Of a DNA stretch of 64,000 bases, positions 38,608-47,500 are shown one piece after another. The DNA is from Candidatus Enterousia sp. (GTDB lineage: Bacteria > Pseudomonadota > Alphaproteobacteria > Rs-D84): contig JAZQGC010000002.1 of NCBI GenBank assembly GCA_045539815.1, positions 11,794-75,793 of the forward strand, given 5' to 3'. The position numbers were made by a program, and so were the translations under genes. The notes under the pieces were generated by a model, which was given only the letters and a program-made list of their open reading frames with translations, had not been told where the DNA came from and ran no database searches. How positions within the stretch are numbered: position 1 is the stretch's first letter; the number at the start of each line of letters is the position of its first letter.

Positions 38608-39318
38608 ATGAACAAAATAAATAAGCTATTATGGGGAATATTAAGTCTTGGCATCAGCCTTATTTATCGTACAAATGTAGATGCGGCCCACTATACAGAT
38701 ACAAACGCAATAACAAACCCTGCTGTCGGCGACACAATCACTATCGGCTGCGATTTTGGCAATATTGTACTATCACTTGTGTACGCATTTAATCACGCAG
38801 CCAACACAACAAGTGACATTCCACGTGAAGAAAATTGCGTATACCTTGACGAGTATATATGCAACACAACCGCAACTTACACAAGCATGTGCAATTCTTT
38901 TAATCACACGGCAATACCAAAACACTCATCAGCTGTTAATCCATCTGATTTCACATGCAGCACATTAACCTGTCCAAACGGTGGCACATTGGGGCAACGT
39001 GCCGTACTTCAAACTGAGACATTAAATCTAACCAAAAACAGCAATTGTCACCGATATTACACTGGCGGCACTGGTCATCGCTACATTGGCTTTTCTTTTG
39101 TAATCAGTGCAATCACTGCCAGTTCTGGCTGGTACGGCAGCTATAGCAAATTCAACGGCACCAAGGATTGGATATATCAACAATACAGCATTTATTGGCA
39201 ACGCGTTAACAACAATTCTATAAACGATTGTTATCTTGCGCCGGGCACATATACCGACAGCAACGGCAACACATACACCCAAACCGATTCCGACAACAAA
39301 TGCTATTACCAGGAATAA
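38608..39318 (+). CDS. secreted Cys-rich protein, CYY-E family (tandem paralog 1)
   Basis: Conserved leader MNKINKLLWGILSLGISLIYRTNVDA, YTGGTGH motif, and a C-terminus ending CYYQE. Confidence 0.7.
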   Translation: MNKINKLLWGILSLGISLIYRTNVDAAHYTDTNAITNPAVGDTITIGCDFGNIVLSLVYAFNHAANTTSDIPREENCVYLDEYICNTTATYTSMCNSFNHTAIPKHSSAVNPSDFTCSTLTCPNGGTLGQRAVLQTETLNLTKNSNCHRYYTGGTGHRYIGFSFVISAITASSGWYGSYSKFNGTKDWIYQQYSIYWQRVNNNSINDCYLAPGTYTDSNGNTYTQTDSDNKCYYQE

Positions 39319-39330
39319 GGAAACCGCACA

Positions 39331-40128
39331 ATGAATAAACTGAATAAAGTTTTATGGGGAATCATCAGCGGATTTATATCCGTCGTGTATAACTTCAATG
39401 CACATGCACACGACTGCATACTCCATGAAATCGAGAGAATTGCCATCGACTGCGACTCTTCCAATTATGGCAGAAAATGTCCTGACGAACAATTGTCCAA
39501 CCCGACATATAAGAATGAAGCCTTTAGTACTCTGTTGAACACAATTATATATTCTGGGTATTACAACGTTAATGGTGGCGACGAAACACCTGTATATTGG
39601 TTTGCTGACAGTAATTATATTGATGACATATTAGATGCATTCAACACACAAAACGAATGGGTAAATGGTCGCCAATCCATCGCAGTCGATATCGACCATG
39701 AATTTGTCACAAACAGAACATATAACGGGAACATCGATTACGGTTCTTACTGCAACGCGGACTCTGAACAAAGTTGCAGTGGCAAAATAACAAATTGCCC
39801 CAGTCATACAGCCGGTATTCTGGCCAAATATACAACGACGGCATGGGTCGACAACGATGTTATTGAATATATATTGGGGGATTACAATCTGCGCAAAAAC
39901 CCCCAGGGCTATAATAACACCGACAACCCTTTATATGTATTTAACAACATATCATCTGCCATTGCGATTATGACAGTAAAAAATATCAACGATTGCAAAT
40001 ATTTTTATTCATACAGCGGAAAAAAAGCAACCGCATGTCGGGTTGCTCCGACCAGAGAATACAACGGTTCGGATACACGTGGACGATACGCAATCCCGGC
40101 AAACGACACCTGTTATTACGAATATTAA
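39331..40128 (+). CDS. secreted Cys-rich protein, CYY-E family (tandem paralog 2)
   Basis: Leader MNKLNKVLWGIISGFISVVYNFNAHA, C-terminus CYYEY, and the same AAGGAAACCGCACAATGAA 5' junction as paralog 3. Confidence 0.7.
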   Translation: MNKLNKVLWGIISGFISVVYNFNAHAHDCILHEIERIAIDCDSSNYGRKCPDEQLSNPTYKNEAFSTLLNTIIYSGYYNVNGGDETPVYWFADSNYIDDILDAFNTQNEWVNGRQSIAVDIDHEFVTNRTYNGNIDYGSYCNADSEQSCSGKITNCPSHTAGILAKYTTTAWVDNDVIEYILGDYNLRKNPQGYNNTDNPLYVFNNISSAIAIMTVKNINDCKYFYSYSGKKATACRVAPTREYNGSDTRGRYAIPANDTCYYEY

Positions 40129-40138
40129 ACCAACCAGA

Positions 40139-40167
40139 TTGACAACACATGCAAAAATTGCAACAAT
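40139..40167 (+). promoter_or_regulatory. sigma70-like promoter, TTGACA-17-AACAAT
   Basis: TTGACA at 40139-44 and AACAAT at 40162-67, followed by an A9 tract (40180-40188) and an AAGGA SD. Confidence 0.45.
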
Positions 40168-40200
40168 CGTAACGGTTGTAAAAAAAAAGGAAACCGCACA

Positions 40201-40911
40201 ATGAACAGACTGAATAAACTTTTATGGGGCATTCTAAGCTTTGGCATCAGCCTTGTTTATCGCGCAAACACAACAAACGCCAGCATATTCAGCGGTCTTA
40301 CCACTTTTGGCAACGGTAATGTCGGCGACACTATAACAGAATCATGTGACGAAATATTTGGCACAGGAATATTAAAATTCGAAATAATTGAGGCCACCGA
40401 AACAACAACCGAACCAACAAACACGACAAAATGCAGCGACCTGCCAGAATATTGTGACGAGATAACCAGCGAATACAACTATGATTTAGAAGCTTACAAA
40501 ACAAATTCCTATGGATGTGAATATGGCGATTTTCTTAATCTGGTAAATTATCGATATTGCGAGTCATGCCCTGGTGTCGGTTCAACAGACCAATCGCCAC
40601 TCTTTGACTGGTACAAAATATCCCTGGAAGACATCATTTGTTACAGCGAATACACCGGTGGCACGGGGCACGTATTCCGAAAATACAAAATTGGGCTGAT
40701 TGGGACAGACGTTGACCCCGACCCTGAAAGCACCGTTTTAACGGTCGTCAACGGCCGCAAATGCACAACAGAATATTCCAGTTGCGTCGGTTCCATTGAA
40801 TGGTTGGATGTAACTTATACCCCAGACAAAACAGATTGCCGCATATCTGTTAACGCAGGGACCGACGGACGCGGACACTACAAACAAAGATATTGTTATT
40901 ACGAAGAATAA
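40201..40911 (+). CDS. secreted Cys-rich protein, CYY-E family (tandem paralog 3)
   Basis: Leader MNRLNKLLWGILSFGISLVYRANTTNA, YTGGTGH motif, and C-terminus CYYEE. Confidence 0.7.
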   Translation: MNRLNKLLWGILSFGISLVYRANTTNASIFSGLTTFGNGNVGDTITESCDEIFGTGILKFEIIEATETTTEPTNTTKCSDLPEYCDEITSEYNYDLEAYKTNSYGCEYGDFLNLVNYRYCESCPGVGSTDQSPLFDWYKISLEDIICYSEYTGGTGHVFRKYKIGLIGTDVDPDPESTVLTVVNGRKCTTEYSSCVGSIEWLDVTYTPDKTDCRISVNAGTDGRGHYKQRYCYYEE

Positions 40912-40932
40912 AACAAATAAAAACGATTGAAC

Positions 40933-41898
40933 ATGACCAAAAAAACAGAACAAAACACACCAGATATTTCAATAATTATACCAAACCGCAATTATTCGCA
41001 CTATATTGCCGACGCACTGAATTCTGTTTTGCATCAGACTTTTCAGAATTGGGAATGTATTGTGATTGACGATGCCAGCACCGATGACAGCGTATCTGTT
41101 ATTCAAAAATTTGTGGATTCTGATCCGCGTTTCAGACTGTTTCGCAACAAAAAAACATTGGGCACATCTGCGTCCCGTAACATCGGGCTGGACAACGCGC
41201 GTGGGACATATATTGCATTTTTGGATTCCGACGATTCATACACGCAAAACGCATTGGAAACATTGTTCAAATTGGCACAACAGACCAGGGCGCCAATGGT
41301 TGGCGGACACGCCAATATTGTTCCTGTTTCATTTAAATACATCCCGCAAGAGCAAGTACCCATCGCAGACACAAACAATTTCAAAACCATCTATAACCCG
41401 GTAGTATTATTACAGGCCAACCAGAATCATAAATGGTGCTGGATATGGCGTCGCATATATCATCGTGCCTTGATTGGCGATGTTCGTTTTTCAACAAAAT
41501 TCACATCACTGGGCGAAGATTTGGCATTTATGATGGATATTTTATACAGATCGCACCCAACGATTGAAACGCCGGTACCGGTTGTTAATCATCGATATCA
41601 CGATGAAGCAATGACCAATTTGAACAAGCTGGATGAAACATATTTTGACTGGTTTCCGCACTATTTTGAACACCTGCGCGATAACAGTTTGGACAAATAC
41701 GACGCTGAATTTCTGCGTCAAACATATCGTGCAGCGTTTGCATATTTGTTAATGGAAACAATATCACGCCCGCGTAAGTTTAACAAATTACAGATGCAGG
41801 CACGCGCAGTTCTGATTAAATCTTGCAAATTAATTCCGCGTCGTTATCTGACGCGCAAACAACGCTTTTTATGCTGGTTTTTGACATGTCTAAAGTAA
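40933..41898 (+). CDS. family 2 glycosyltransferase
   Basis: ISIIIPNRN...VIDDASTDDS and LDSDD motifs. Confidence 0.85.
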   Translation: MTKKTEQNTPDISIIIPNRNYSHYIADALNSVLHQTFQNWECIVIDDASTDDSVSVIQKFVDSDPRFRLFRNKKTLGTSASRNIGLDNARGTYIAFLDSDDSYTQNALETLFKLAQQTRAPMVGGHANIVPVSFKYIPQEQVPIADTNNFKTIYNPVVLLQANQNHKWCWIWRRIYHRALIGDVRFSTKFTSLGEDLAFMMDILYRSHPTIETPVPVVNHRYHDEAMTNLNKLDETYFDWFPHYFEHLRDNSLDKYDAEFLRQTYRAAFAYLLMETISRPRKFNKLQMQARAVLIKSCKLIPRRYLTRKQRFLCWFLTCLK

Positions 41899-42821
41899 AT
41901 GTATTATATTGTTTTGACAGTAAATTTTGGCGCATGGCGGCGGTTTCCATTGGTTCAATAATGAAAAACCGCGACAGCGGCACCAATATAACGGTATACT
42001 GTATGGTTGCGCCGCACACACGTGGCCGTCGCTATATCAATCGTATTGTACGGCGGGGTGGGGGGCGTTTAGTATGGCGCACAATACATCCGCGTCAAAA
42101 TCCATTTCGCAATCACGACTATTCGCGTTGGTCGCCTGTGATATTTTATCGTCTGTTTGCGCATCGTATTTTCAAGAATCTGGACAAGATATTATATTTG
42201 GATTCTGACACAATCATCCAGACCGATTTAACAAACCTGTACAACACAGATGTACGCGATTACGCAATGGGCGCGATACGCGACATGGCCCCCATACACA
42301 ACCCCAAAGAAAAAAGTGGCCAATATGTTCTTAATTTCAAGCAGAAATATTTAAAGAACGACTTGTATGTAAATTCTGGGGTATTGCTGTTAAACATGAA
42401 CTATATGCGCATTCATGGCGACGAATTGCTGGCGGTTAAGATACCATTAACATACCCCGACCAGGACATTTTAAATGTTGCATTTGATGGAAAAATACTG
42501 GAATTACCATTGCGTTATAACTGCGTACCGGACATGGGGGTTGATATCAAGTTCCCAAAATCAGAATATCTGTATGTAAAAAACAAAATAGAGATTGCAC
42601 ATTTTTACGCGGTAAAGCCATATTATTACCACCACACCCCGCGCAATTCATATGCAATATTCTATCACGCGGCGCGATATGTCGGATTTTATCCAGACGA
42701 ATTCATCAAGGCCGACGAACATCATGCATATCAACAAGAACACAAACGACATCGCACCCAAATACCATTTGTTCGCACGGACAACACCGGACAAATATGG
42801 TTCCTGTGGATGCGGATATAA
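41886..42821 (+). CDS. family 8 glycosyltransferase (LPS/LOS galactosyl- or glucosyltransferase-like)
   Basis: VLYCFDSKFW, YLDSDTII (DxD) and NSGVLLLN motifs. The start overlaps the GT2 stop. Confidence 0.8.
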   Translation: MSKVNVLYCFDSKFWRMAAVSIGSIMKNRDSGTNITVYCMVAPHTRGRRYINRIVRRGGGRLVWRTIHPRQNPFRNHDYSRWSPVIFYRLFAHRIFKNLDKILYLDSDTIIQTDLTNLYNTDVRDYAMGAIRDMAPIHNPKEKSGQYVLNFKQKYLKNDLYVNSGVLLLNMNYMRIHGDELLAVKIPLTYPDQDILNVAFDGKILELPLRYNCVPDMGVDIKFPKSEYLYVKNKIEIAHFYAVKPYYYHHTPRNSYAIFYHAARYVGFYPDEFIKADEHHAYQQEHKRHRTQIPFVRTDNTGQIWFLWMRI

Positions 42822-43939
42822 CCACAGCAACAGGGGACAGGGAACATGCCGGCACAAACAAACAAACAAACAAACAAACAAACAAACGAACAATAGTTAA
42901 ATTTGTTGTTTGTCTTCTTGTTGCTGCATTTCCATTATTTGCATACAGCACAACGCCTTCATTATTGAATTGCTCAACCACGGTTTATATGCACGAAATA
43001 CACCCCGGTGAATCCGGAACAATATACTACAACTCCGGTGCCAACTTGGATTCATATGAAGAATCTTGCGACCACCAAACAAGAATTTCTATAAACCAAT
43101 GCAGAAGAGGATCAAACGGAAGTAGCTGTTATATCAACGATTCAGCAAGTTTTTATTATGCAGAACAATGCCAAGAGCAACCTTGGGACAAATACACAGA
43201 CCTGACAGTATACACTGGCCAACTATCTCCTAAACGTAATCATGATTGGATAAATGGTGTAAATAATTACATAACTTCACAAAAAGCAATATGTTGTGGC
43301 AAGAATTTTGATTATTGTGGCAGCTGTTACAGCAATTATTCTCACACCCATGATGTATATTGGCAATACACAGATTCAGCCATAGTCAACAAATTCAACA
43401 GCATATCCTGGAACGGTGTAAAACATTATTATTTAACAATTGAAGAAAAAATACCGGACTTTATTACATCGAACAAATACTGTTCCGCCGCAAACGATGA
43501 TGGCACCTGTAAAACTTGGGCCACATGTCCAAATGGTGGCAAAGTATATTACCAACAAACCACATATCAATTACAACGCTGTACCAATGAATATGACTGT
43601 GAAGATATTACATCACAAGACGACATTAATAACCATCCTATTTACGAAGCACAATCAGGTAGCACCACCATAGAAGCAACAAAAATTAACGATATAAATT
43701 GCATAAACAAAACCATAGTCGAAGTGAAAACACAAGACGATTGTTATAAAGAATACCTGACCGTAAAACCAAAAAACGATACATTTAATGACGAAAATTC
43801 CAATCAAAAATACGACACAAAAGAAACCTTTACCGATGACACTGGAACATATATTCTGAATGGAAATTATACTGGCAATTGTTTTTACAATGCAGAAGAA
43901 AACTATTGCAGCGAAAACAATTGTTATTTCAGCGACTAA
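42797..43939 (+). CDS. secreted Cys-rich protein, CYY-E family (large member), putatively phase-variable
   Basis: The ORF is in frame from ATG 42797 through the (CAAA)8 tract (TNKQTNKQTNK) into the signal peptide KFVVCLLVAAFPLFAYS. C-terminus CFYNAEENYCSENNCYFSD. Confidence 0.7.
   Translation: MVPVDADITTATGDREHAGTNKQTNKQTNKRTIVKFVVCLLVAAFPLFAYSTTPSLLNCSTTVYMHEIHPGESGTIYYNSGANLDSYEESCDHQTRISINQCRRGSNGSSCYINDSASFYYAEQCQEQPWDKYTDLTVYTGQLSPKRNHDWINGVNNYITSQKAICCGKNFDYCGSCYSNYSHTHDVYWQYTDSAIVNKFNSISWNGVKHYYLTIEEKIPDFITSNKYCSAANDDGTCKTWATCPNGGKVYYQQTTYQLQRCTNEYDCEDITSQDDINNHPIYEAQSGSTTIEATKINDINCINKTIVEVKTQDDCYKEYLTVKPKNDTFNDENSNQKYDTKETFTDDTGTYILNGNYTGNCFYNAEENYCSENNCYFSD
42855..42886. repeat. 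perfect tetranucleotide microsatellite (CAAA)8
   Basis: Counted base by base: C at 42855, 59, 63, 67, 71, 75, 79 and 83. It is followed by the degenerate units CGAA and CAAT. Confidence 0.95.
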
Positions 43940-44658
43940 GAACAGTGTCCCTGGCGCACAAAGCACCCCAAGAATTCGGTATTACCACTGCCACCCTGGA
44001 TGGGCGACGGCACAACACCGCAATTTTCAAACCCGTTTTCCGCAAACGCAGACACAACCCTATCAATTGCATATTGATGCCATGCTTGGTCGCGTATAAC
44101 GCCGTTACAACGGGCGGCAATATCACGTGGAACTTCGAACTGTGGTTTTATCAGGGCAACAACATTTTTTGCGCCCCACGGTGGCAAACACCCAACAATA
44201 TTGACCAATGACACAAAAGACACATCAATAACAATCAAATCAACCATTGATAATGGCTGTAATTCACGAATATCCGTCTGTTCCAGTGACACCACCCGAA
44301 CATCTGTGCGTAAATGTGGCGCCAACTGATTTGTACCAACATCAACCGCATACACACGCGCCGCACCACGCGACAGCAAAACATCGGTAAAACCACCAGT
44401 ACTGGCACCAATATCCAAACACGCCATACCATGTGGATTTATATTAAATTCTGTCAATGCATGCGCCAATTTTAAGCTGCCACGCCCAACAGCATAGGGT
44501 AAATCGCCCGCAACAATCGCATCAGATTCAGCCACCGTCATACTGGGCTTTTTCGCAGGCGCGCCGTTTACCGTAACCAAACCGGCACGAATTGCCGCCA
44601 CGGCACGCGCCCGCGTTGAATAAAGACCACGACTAACCAATGCGACATCTAATCTCAT
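43936..44658 (-). CDS. tlyA: TlyA-family rRNA 2'-O-methyltransferase
   Basis: S4 domain MRLDVALVSRGL and FtsJ-like motif CLDIGASTGGFTDVLL. Confidence 0.9.
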   Translation of the reverse strand: MRLDVALVSRGLYSTRARAVAAIRAGLVTVNGAPAKKPSMTVAESDAIVAGDLPYAVGRGSLKLAHALTEFNINPHGMACLDIGASTGGFTDVLLSRGAARVYAVDVGTNQLAPHLRTDVRVVSLEQTDIRELQPLSMVDLIVIDVSFVSLVNIVGCLPPWGAKNVVALIKPQFEVPRDIAARCNGVIRDQAWHQYAIDRVVSAFAENGFENCGVVPSPIQGGSGNTEFLGCFVRQGHCS

Positions 44659-44690
44659 ACACAAAATAATAAATAAAATTTTTAATAAAA

Positions 44691-45221
44691 TCAATCACCA
44701 TAACCAACGGTCGCCAACATACATTGCCATGTTCTGGAACCGTAGTTATCAGTACCATTAACGTCTCTTTTTGATAAATAAGCCGCACAGTTAGCCGCAC
44801 AATTTTCCGAACATTTTTTGTTGTATATATAAAAATAAATCCATCCCGATTCGAACGGGTGTGTCATTTTACACCAACAATATTCACCATCATTACGTCC
44901 ATAAAAATTGTCGTTCACATCACCATTTGATGCAGCGGTTTGCCCCCAATACCCAGATATATAATTCGGTCCTGCACAACTGTGCAGTGGCAAATTCGTT
45001 TTATCCGACTTTAATGTACTGCACGACGCAACGCCACTGACCGCGCCAAAACCATTAATATTTATACGCCAATCAAAACCATCACCCACATATCCGGATG
45101 CGGTTGTGTTTTTGTAATCCGTTCCCAATACAACCTGGTCCGATTTGGCGCAAAATGTCGCACCAGACGCAATCAACGGGCACAACGCAATATATAAAAC
45201 AACCAAAATATTCCTGAACAT
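44691..45221 (-). CDS. secreted Cys-rich protein, CWC family
   Basis: Start at MFRNILVVLYIALCPLIASGA. Motifs GVASCS and YCWCKMTHPFESGWIYF...C...C...CA. Confidence 0.65.
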   Translation of the reverse strand: MFRNILVVLYIALCPLIASGATFCAKSDQVVLGTDYKNTTASGYVGDGFDWRININGFGAVSGVASCSTLKSDKTNLPLHSCAGPNYISGYWGQTAASNGDVNDNFYGRNDGEYCWCKMTHPFESGWIYFYIYNKKCSENCAANCAAYLSKRDVNGTDNYGSRTWQCMLATVGYGD

Positions 45222-45238
45222 CAGTATCCCTTTTGTTA

Positions 45239-45721
45239 TTACCATACTGCTTCGAATAATTTATCCCGAAACGCATAACTGCCCACGACACCATCGGCGC
45301 ACAGGCGCGCACATCCCGACGTACACAAATCCACACTGTCATATGAACGCAAATACATAAAATAACTGGTCGCGGGACGACGCAACGCACACCAACAATG
45401 TGCCCCCATATCATCAGCCGGCACGACCTGATTTCCCGTTACAACCGTATATTGCGCCCCCGCAGAAAATTCACTGCACGACGCAACACCGCGCAAGAAC
45501 CGAAATGTACCGTTCATCGATGACATTGTGTCGTAATCAACGTCAACCCGCCAATTCATACCATCAATCTGGGGCGCGCCATACTTAACAGAATTATCCG
45601 TATCCTTGTCCATCGTAACCACGACCGAAAAATCGGTCTGACACATCACCCCAATTGCCACACCGGGCAGGGCACATAACAACATCATCACACACCAGAT
45701 AAATTTACCTTGTATAATCAT
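45239..45721 (-). CDS. secreted Cys-rich protein, CWC family
   Basis: Signal peptide; motifs RGVASCS and HCWCALRRPATSYFMY...C...C...CA. Confidence 0.65.
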   Translation of the reverse strand: MIIQGKFIWCVMMLLCALPGVAIGVMCQTDFSVVVTMDKDTDNSVKYGAPQIDGMNWRVDVDYDTMSSMNGTFRFLRGVASCSEFSAGAQYTVVTGNQVVPADDMGAHCWCALRRPATSYFMYLRSYDSVDLCTSGCARLCADGVVGSYAFRDKLFEAVW

Positions 45722-45730
45722 TATCGGTCC

Positions 45731-46570
45731 TTATTTTACGGCATGATAAAAATTATCTTCGTACATTATGTTTATGGCGCCTTTGCTTTTTTCCGGCACC
45801 AGATTAACATAACATTGACGATTACCAGACTTAAAGTTTAACGATGGGGTCGTCAATTTTTTTGCATATATCGGGATTACCAAACCACCACCCGTACGCA
45901 AATAACGCATACTGACCCCCGTACTGGTCAACGCGCATAAATTGGCACAATTACCCAAATAGTTCATATCTTGTCCGGCGGCACACAAACGCACCGCCAA
46001 CTTTGTATCCGGCACATCAGTATACGGATACCCATGTATTGATATCAGGCTGTTATCTGTCAAATTCGAACCATCGTATGGCGAAACAAGACGTGTACCC
46101 GACGGACAATCAAGACCATTGGCCACAACACGCATTGAATCATTCGAAAACACATTATTATATCCCGCCGGACAATTTTCTGTATCAGGCGCATACGACA
46201 CACAACCCACACCATCAAAATATCCGTTTTCACACATGGTTACCGGAATTTGATTTAACATATACACCCCAGGCTTACGCATCCGATGCGTGGCCTCTGG
46301 GCATGTACCATCAGTCCGGGGCATACCAATTCCAAACAAATTTACTGTGATATAATTATCGGCACAATAATCATTTGCGACATATTTCTGACATGAATAT
46401 TCAACTGTTTTTGTGGTTGTTTCTGCGGCCTCATCAGTTATTTCTGTAACCGTCATCACCGGATATCCACCATCACACAGCATCATATCGGGCAGGGCGC
46501 CATACACAGTCGCCGAACACATGAACATCATAAAAAATATAAATATCCCCCACATATCGCCATCACGCAT
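45731..46570 (-). CDS. secreted Cys-rich protein with CP[AS]G modules and the TTPSL-type C-terminal domain
   Basis: Signal peptide IFIFFMMFMCSATVYG. C-terminus IPIYAKKLTTPSLNFKSGNRQCYVNLVPEKSKGAINIMYEDNFYHAVK. Confidence 0.65.
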   Translation of the reverse strand: MRDGDMWGIFIFFMMFMCSATVYGALPDMMLCDGGYPVMTVTEITDEAAETTTKTVEYSCQKYVANDYCADNYITVNLFGIGMPRTDGTCPEATHRMRKPGVYMLNQIPVTMCENGYFDGVGCVSYAPDTENCPAGYNNVFSNDSMRVVANGLDCPSGTRLVSPYDGSNLTDNSLISIHGYPYTDVPDTKLAVRLCAAGQDMNYLGNCANLCALTSTGVSMRYLRTGGGLVIPIYAKKLTTPSLNFKSGNRQCYVNLVPEKSKGAINIMYEDNFYHAVK

Positions 46571-46744
46571 AAAAAAACCACCAAAATTATTTCAGGTGGT
46601 TGGAGTTAGCAACAATAGTAAGAATTGCGTGCTTATTCAATATATTCGCACACTCCAACCAAAAAGGTTGGAAAATCGTTTTAACGTCTTGCACATGACG
46701 CTTACTAACAGGTTGCTAGCCTCATCATCAGAACACCTGATAAC
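46571..46744 (-). promoter_or_regulatory. structured ~175 nt leader or small RNA ending in a terminator-like, SD-sequestering hairpin
   Basis: Runs from the predicted TSS below the 46751-46779 promoter to the ATG at 46570. There is a long-range helix (TAGCAAC..TAGTAAG / CTTACTA..GTTGCTA), an internal hairpin CCAACCtttttGGTTGG, and a terminal ACCACC-N12-GGUGGU-U7-AUG. Confidence 0.4.
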
Positions 46745-46750
46745 ACAGAC

Positions 46751-46779
46751 ATTATACCAGGAAGCATTTTCTATATCAA
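46751..46779 (-). promoter_or_regulatory. near-consensus sigma70 promoter, TTGATA-17-TATAAT
   Basis: The reverse strand reads TTGATAtagaaaatgcttcctggTATAAT. Confidence 0.55.
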
Positions 46780-46854
46780 GCACGCAATTATTTGACAATA
46801 ATAAAAATAAAATTTATCATCTTAGATACAAAAAAACCAAGGGACCCAAACAAT

Positions 46855-47160
46855 ATGAATAATCAAAAAACAACAAAAAATTTAGACCAGTTAAAACGAC
46901 GCGAAAAAATCTTGAAAACAGAAACAAAAATAATAAACACTGGCATTTTACTGGGCGCAGGCACATCGGCCGCACATGCAATACTTGCATTAATAAGTTT
47001 TTGCGACAACGCCCCCACAGAAGATTATATCATGCTTACACTTGGTGCGATGGGTTTTGGCGGGCTTACTGCGATATGCGCCAACACCGCCCGGGAAATA
47101 ACAAAACGACGCGAACAAATATCAAATCAAATACACAGCAATACCATGCAACAAAAGTAA
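46855..47160 (+). CDS. small hypothetical membrane protein (about 2 TM)
   Basis: Start at MNNQKTTKNL. Hydrophobic segments GILLGAGTSAAHAILALISF and IMLTLGAMGFGGLTAICA. Confidence 0.4.
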   Translation: MNNQKTTKNLDQLKRREKILKTETKIINTGILLGAGTSAAHAILALISFCDNAPTEDYIMLTLGAMGFGGLTAICANTAREITKRREQISNQIHSNTMQQK

Positions 47161-47500
47161 AAAATACATAAAAAAGGGCTTTTTTTAGCGATTTTTTACA
47201 CAAAAAACCGCTAAAACCCGCAGAAATCCGCCATTTTTTCTATTTTTTACGGCCAGAGCAGGGCAAAACACAATATTCTTCCACACCAATATTGTCCTGC
47301 CAGGATTTTTTATCATATTTGCGAACGACAACGCCCGTTCAACCGACAAATAACAAGCACACGAACAAAAAAACTTTGAATTTTATACACGCATTATAAA
47401 AAATTTTATTTTTGTATTATCACAAATTATACATATCTGGCACGCGTATAAATAACCAACCGTTGCGACGCATAACCAAAAGCCAAAGCGCCATAACGAC

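Noticed and set aside
40180-40188. A9 homopolymer upstream of the 40201 gene as a second phase-variation switch
   Set aside because: It lies between the predicted -10 box and the SD (in the 5' UTR), not in the promoter spacer or coding region. Length changes would therefore not obviously switch expression. I mention it only under the promoter feature.
38608-40280. Conserved MNKLNKLLWG/I leader as a type IV prepilin (class III) signal cleaved by the A24 peptidase at 13251
   Set aside because: There is a Gly before a hydrophobic stretch. However, the hydrophobic segment is short, there is no Glu at +5, and each leader ends in a normal SPase I site (VDA/A, AHA/H, TNA/S). An ordinary Sec signal peptide is the simpler reading.
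42648-42981. Minus-strand ORFs containing VCLFVCLFVCLF
   Set aside because: They are the antisense translation of the (CAAA)8 tract and overlap the GT8 and 42797 genes. They are shadow ORFs.
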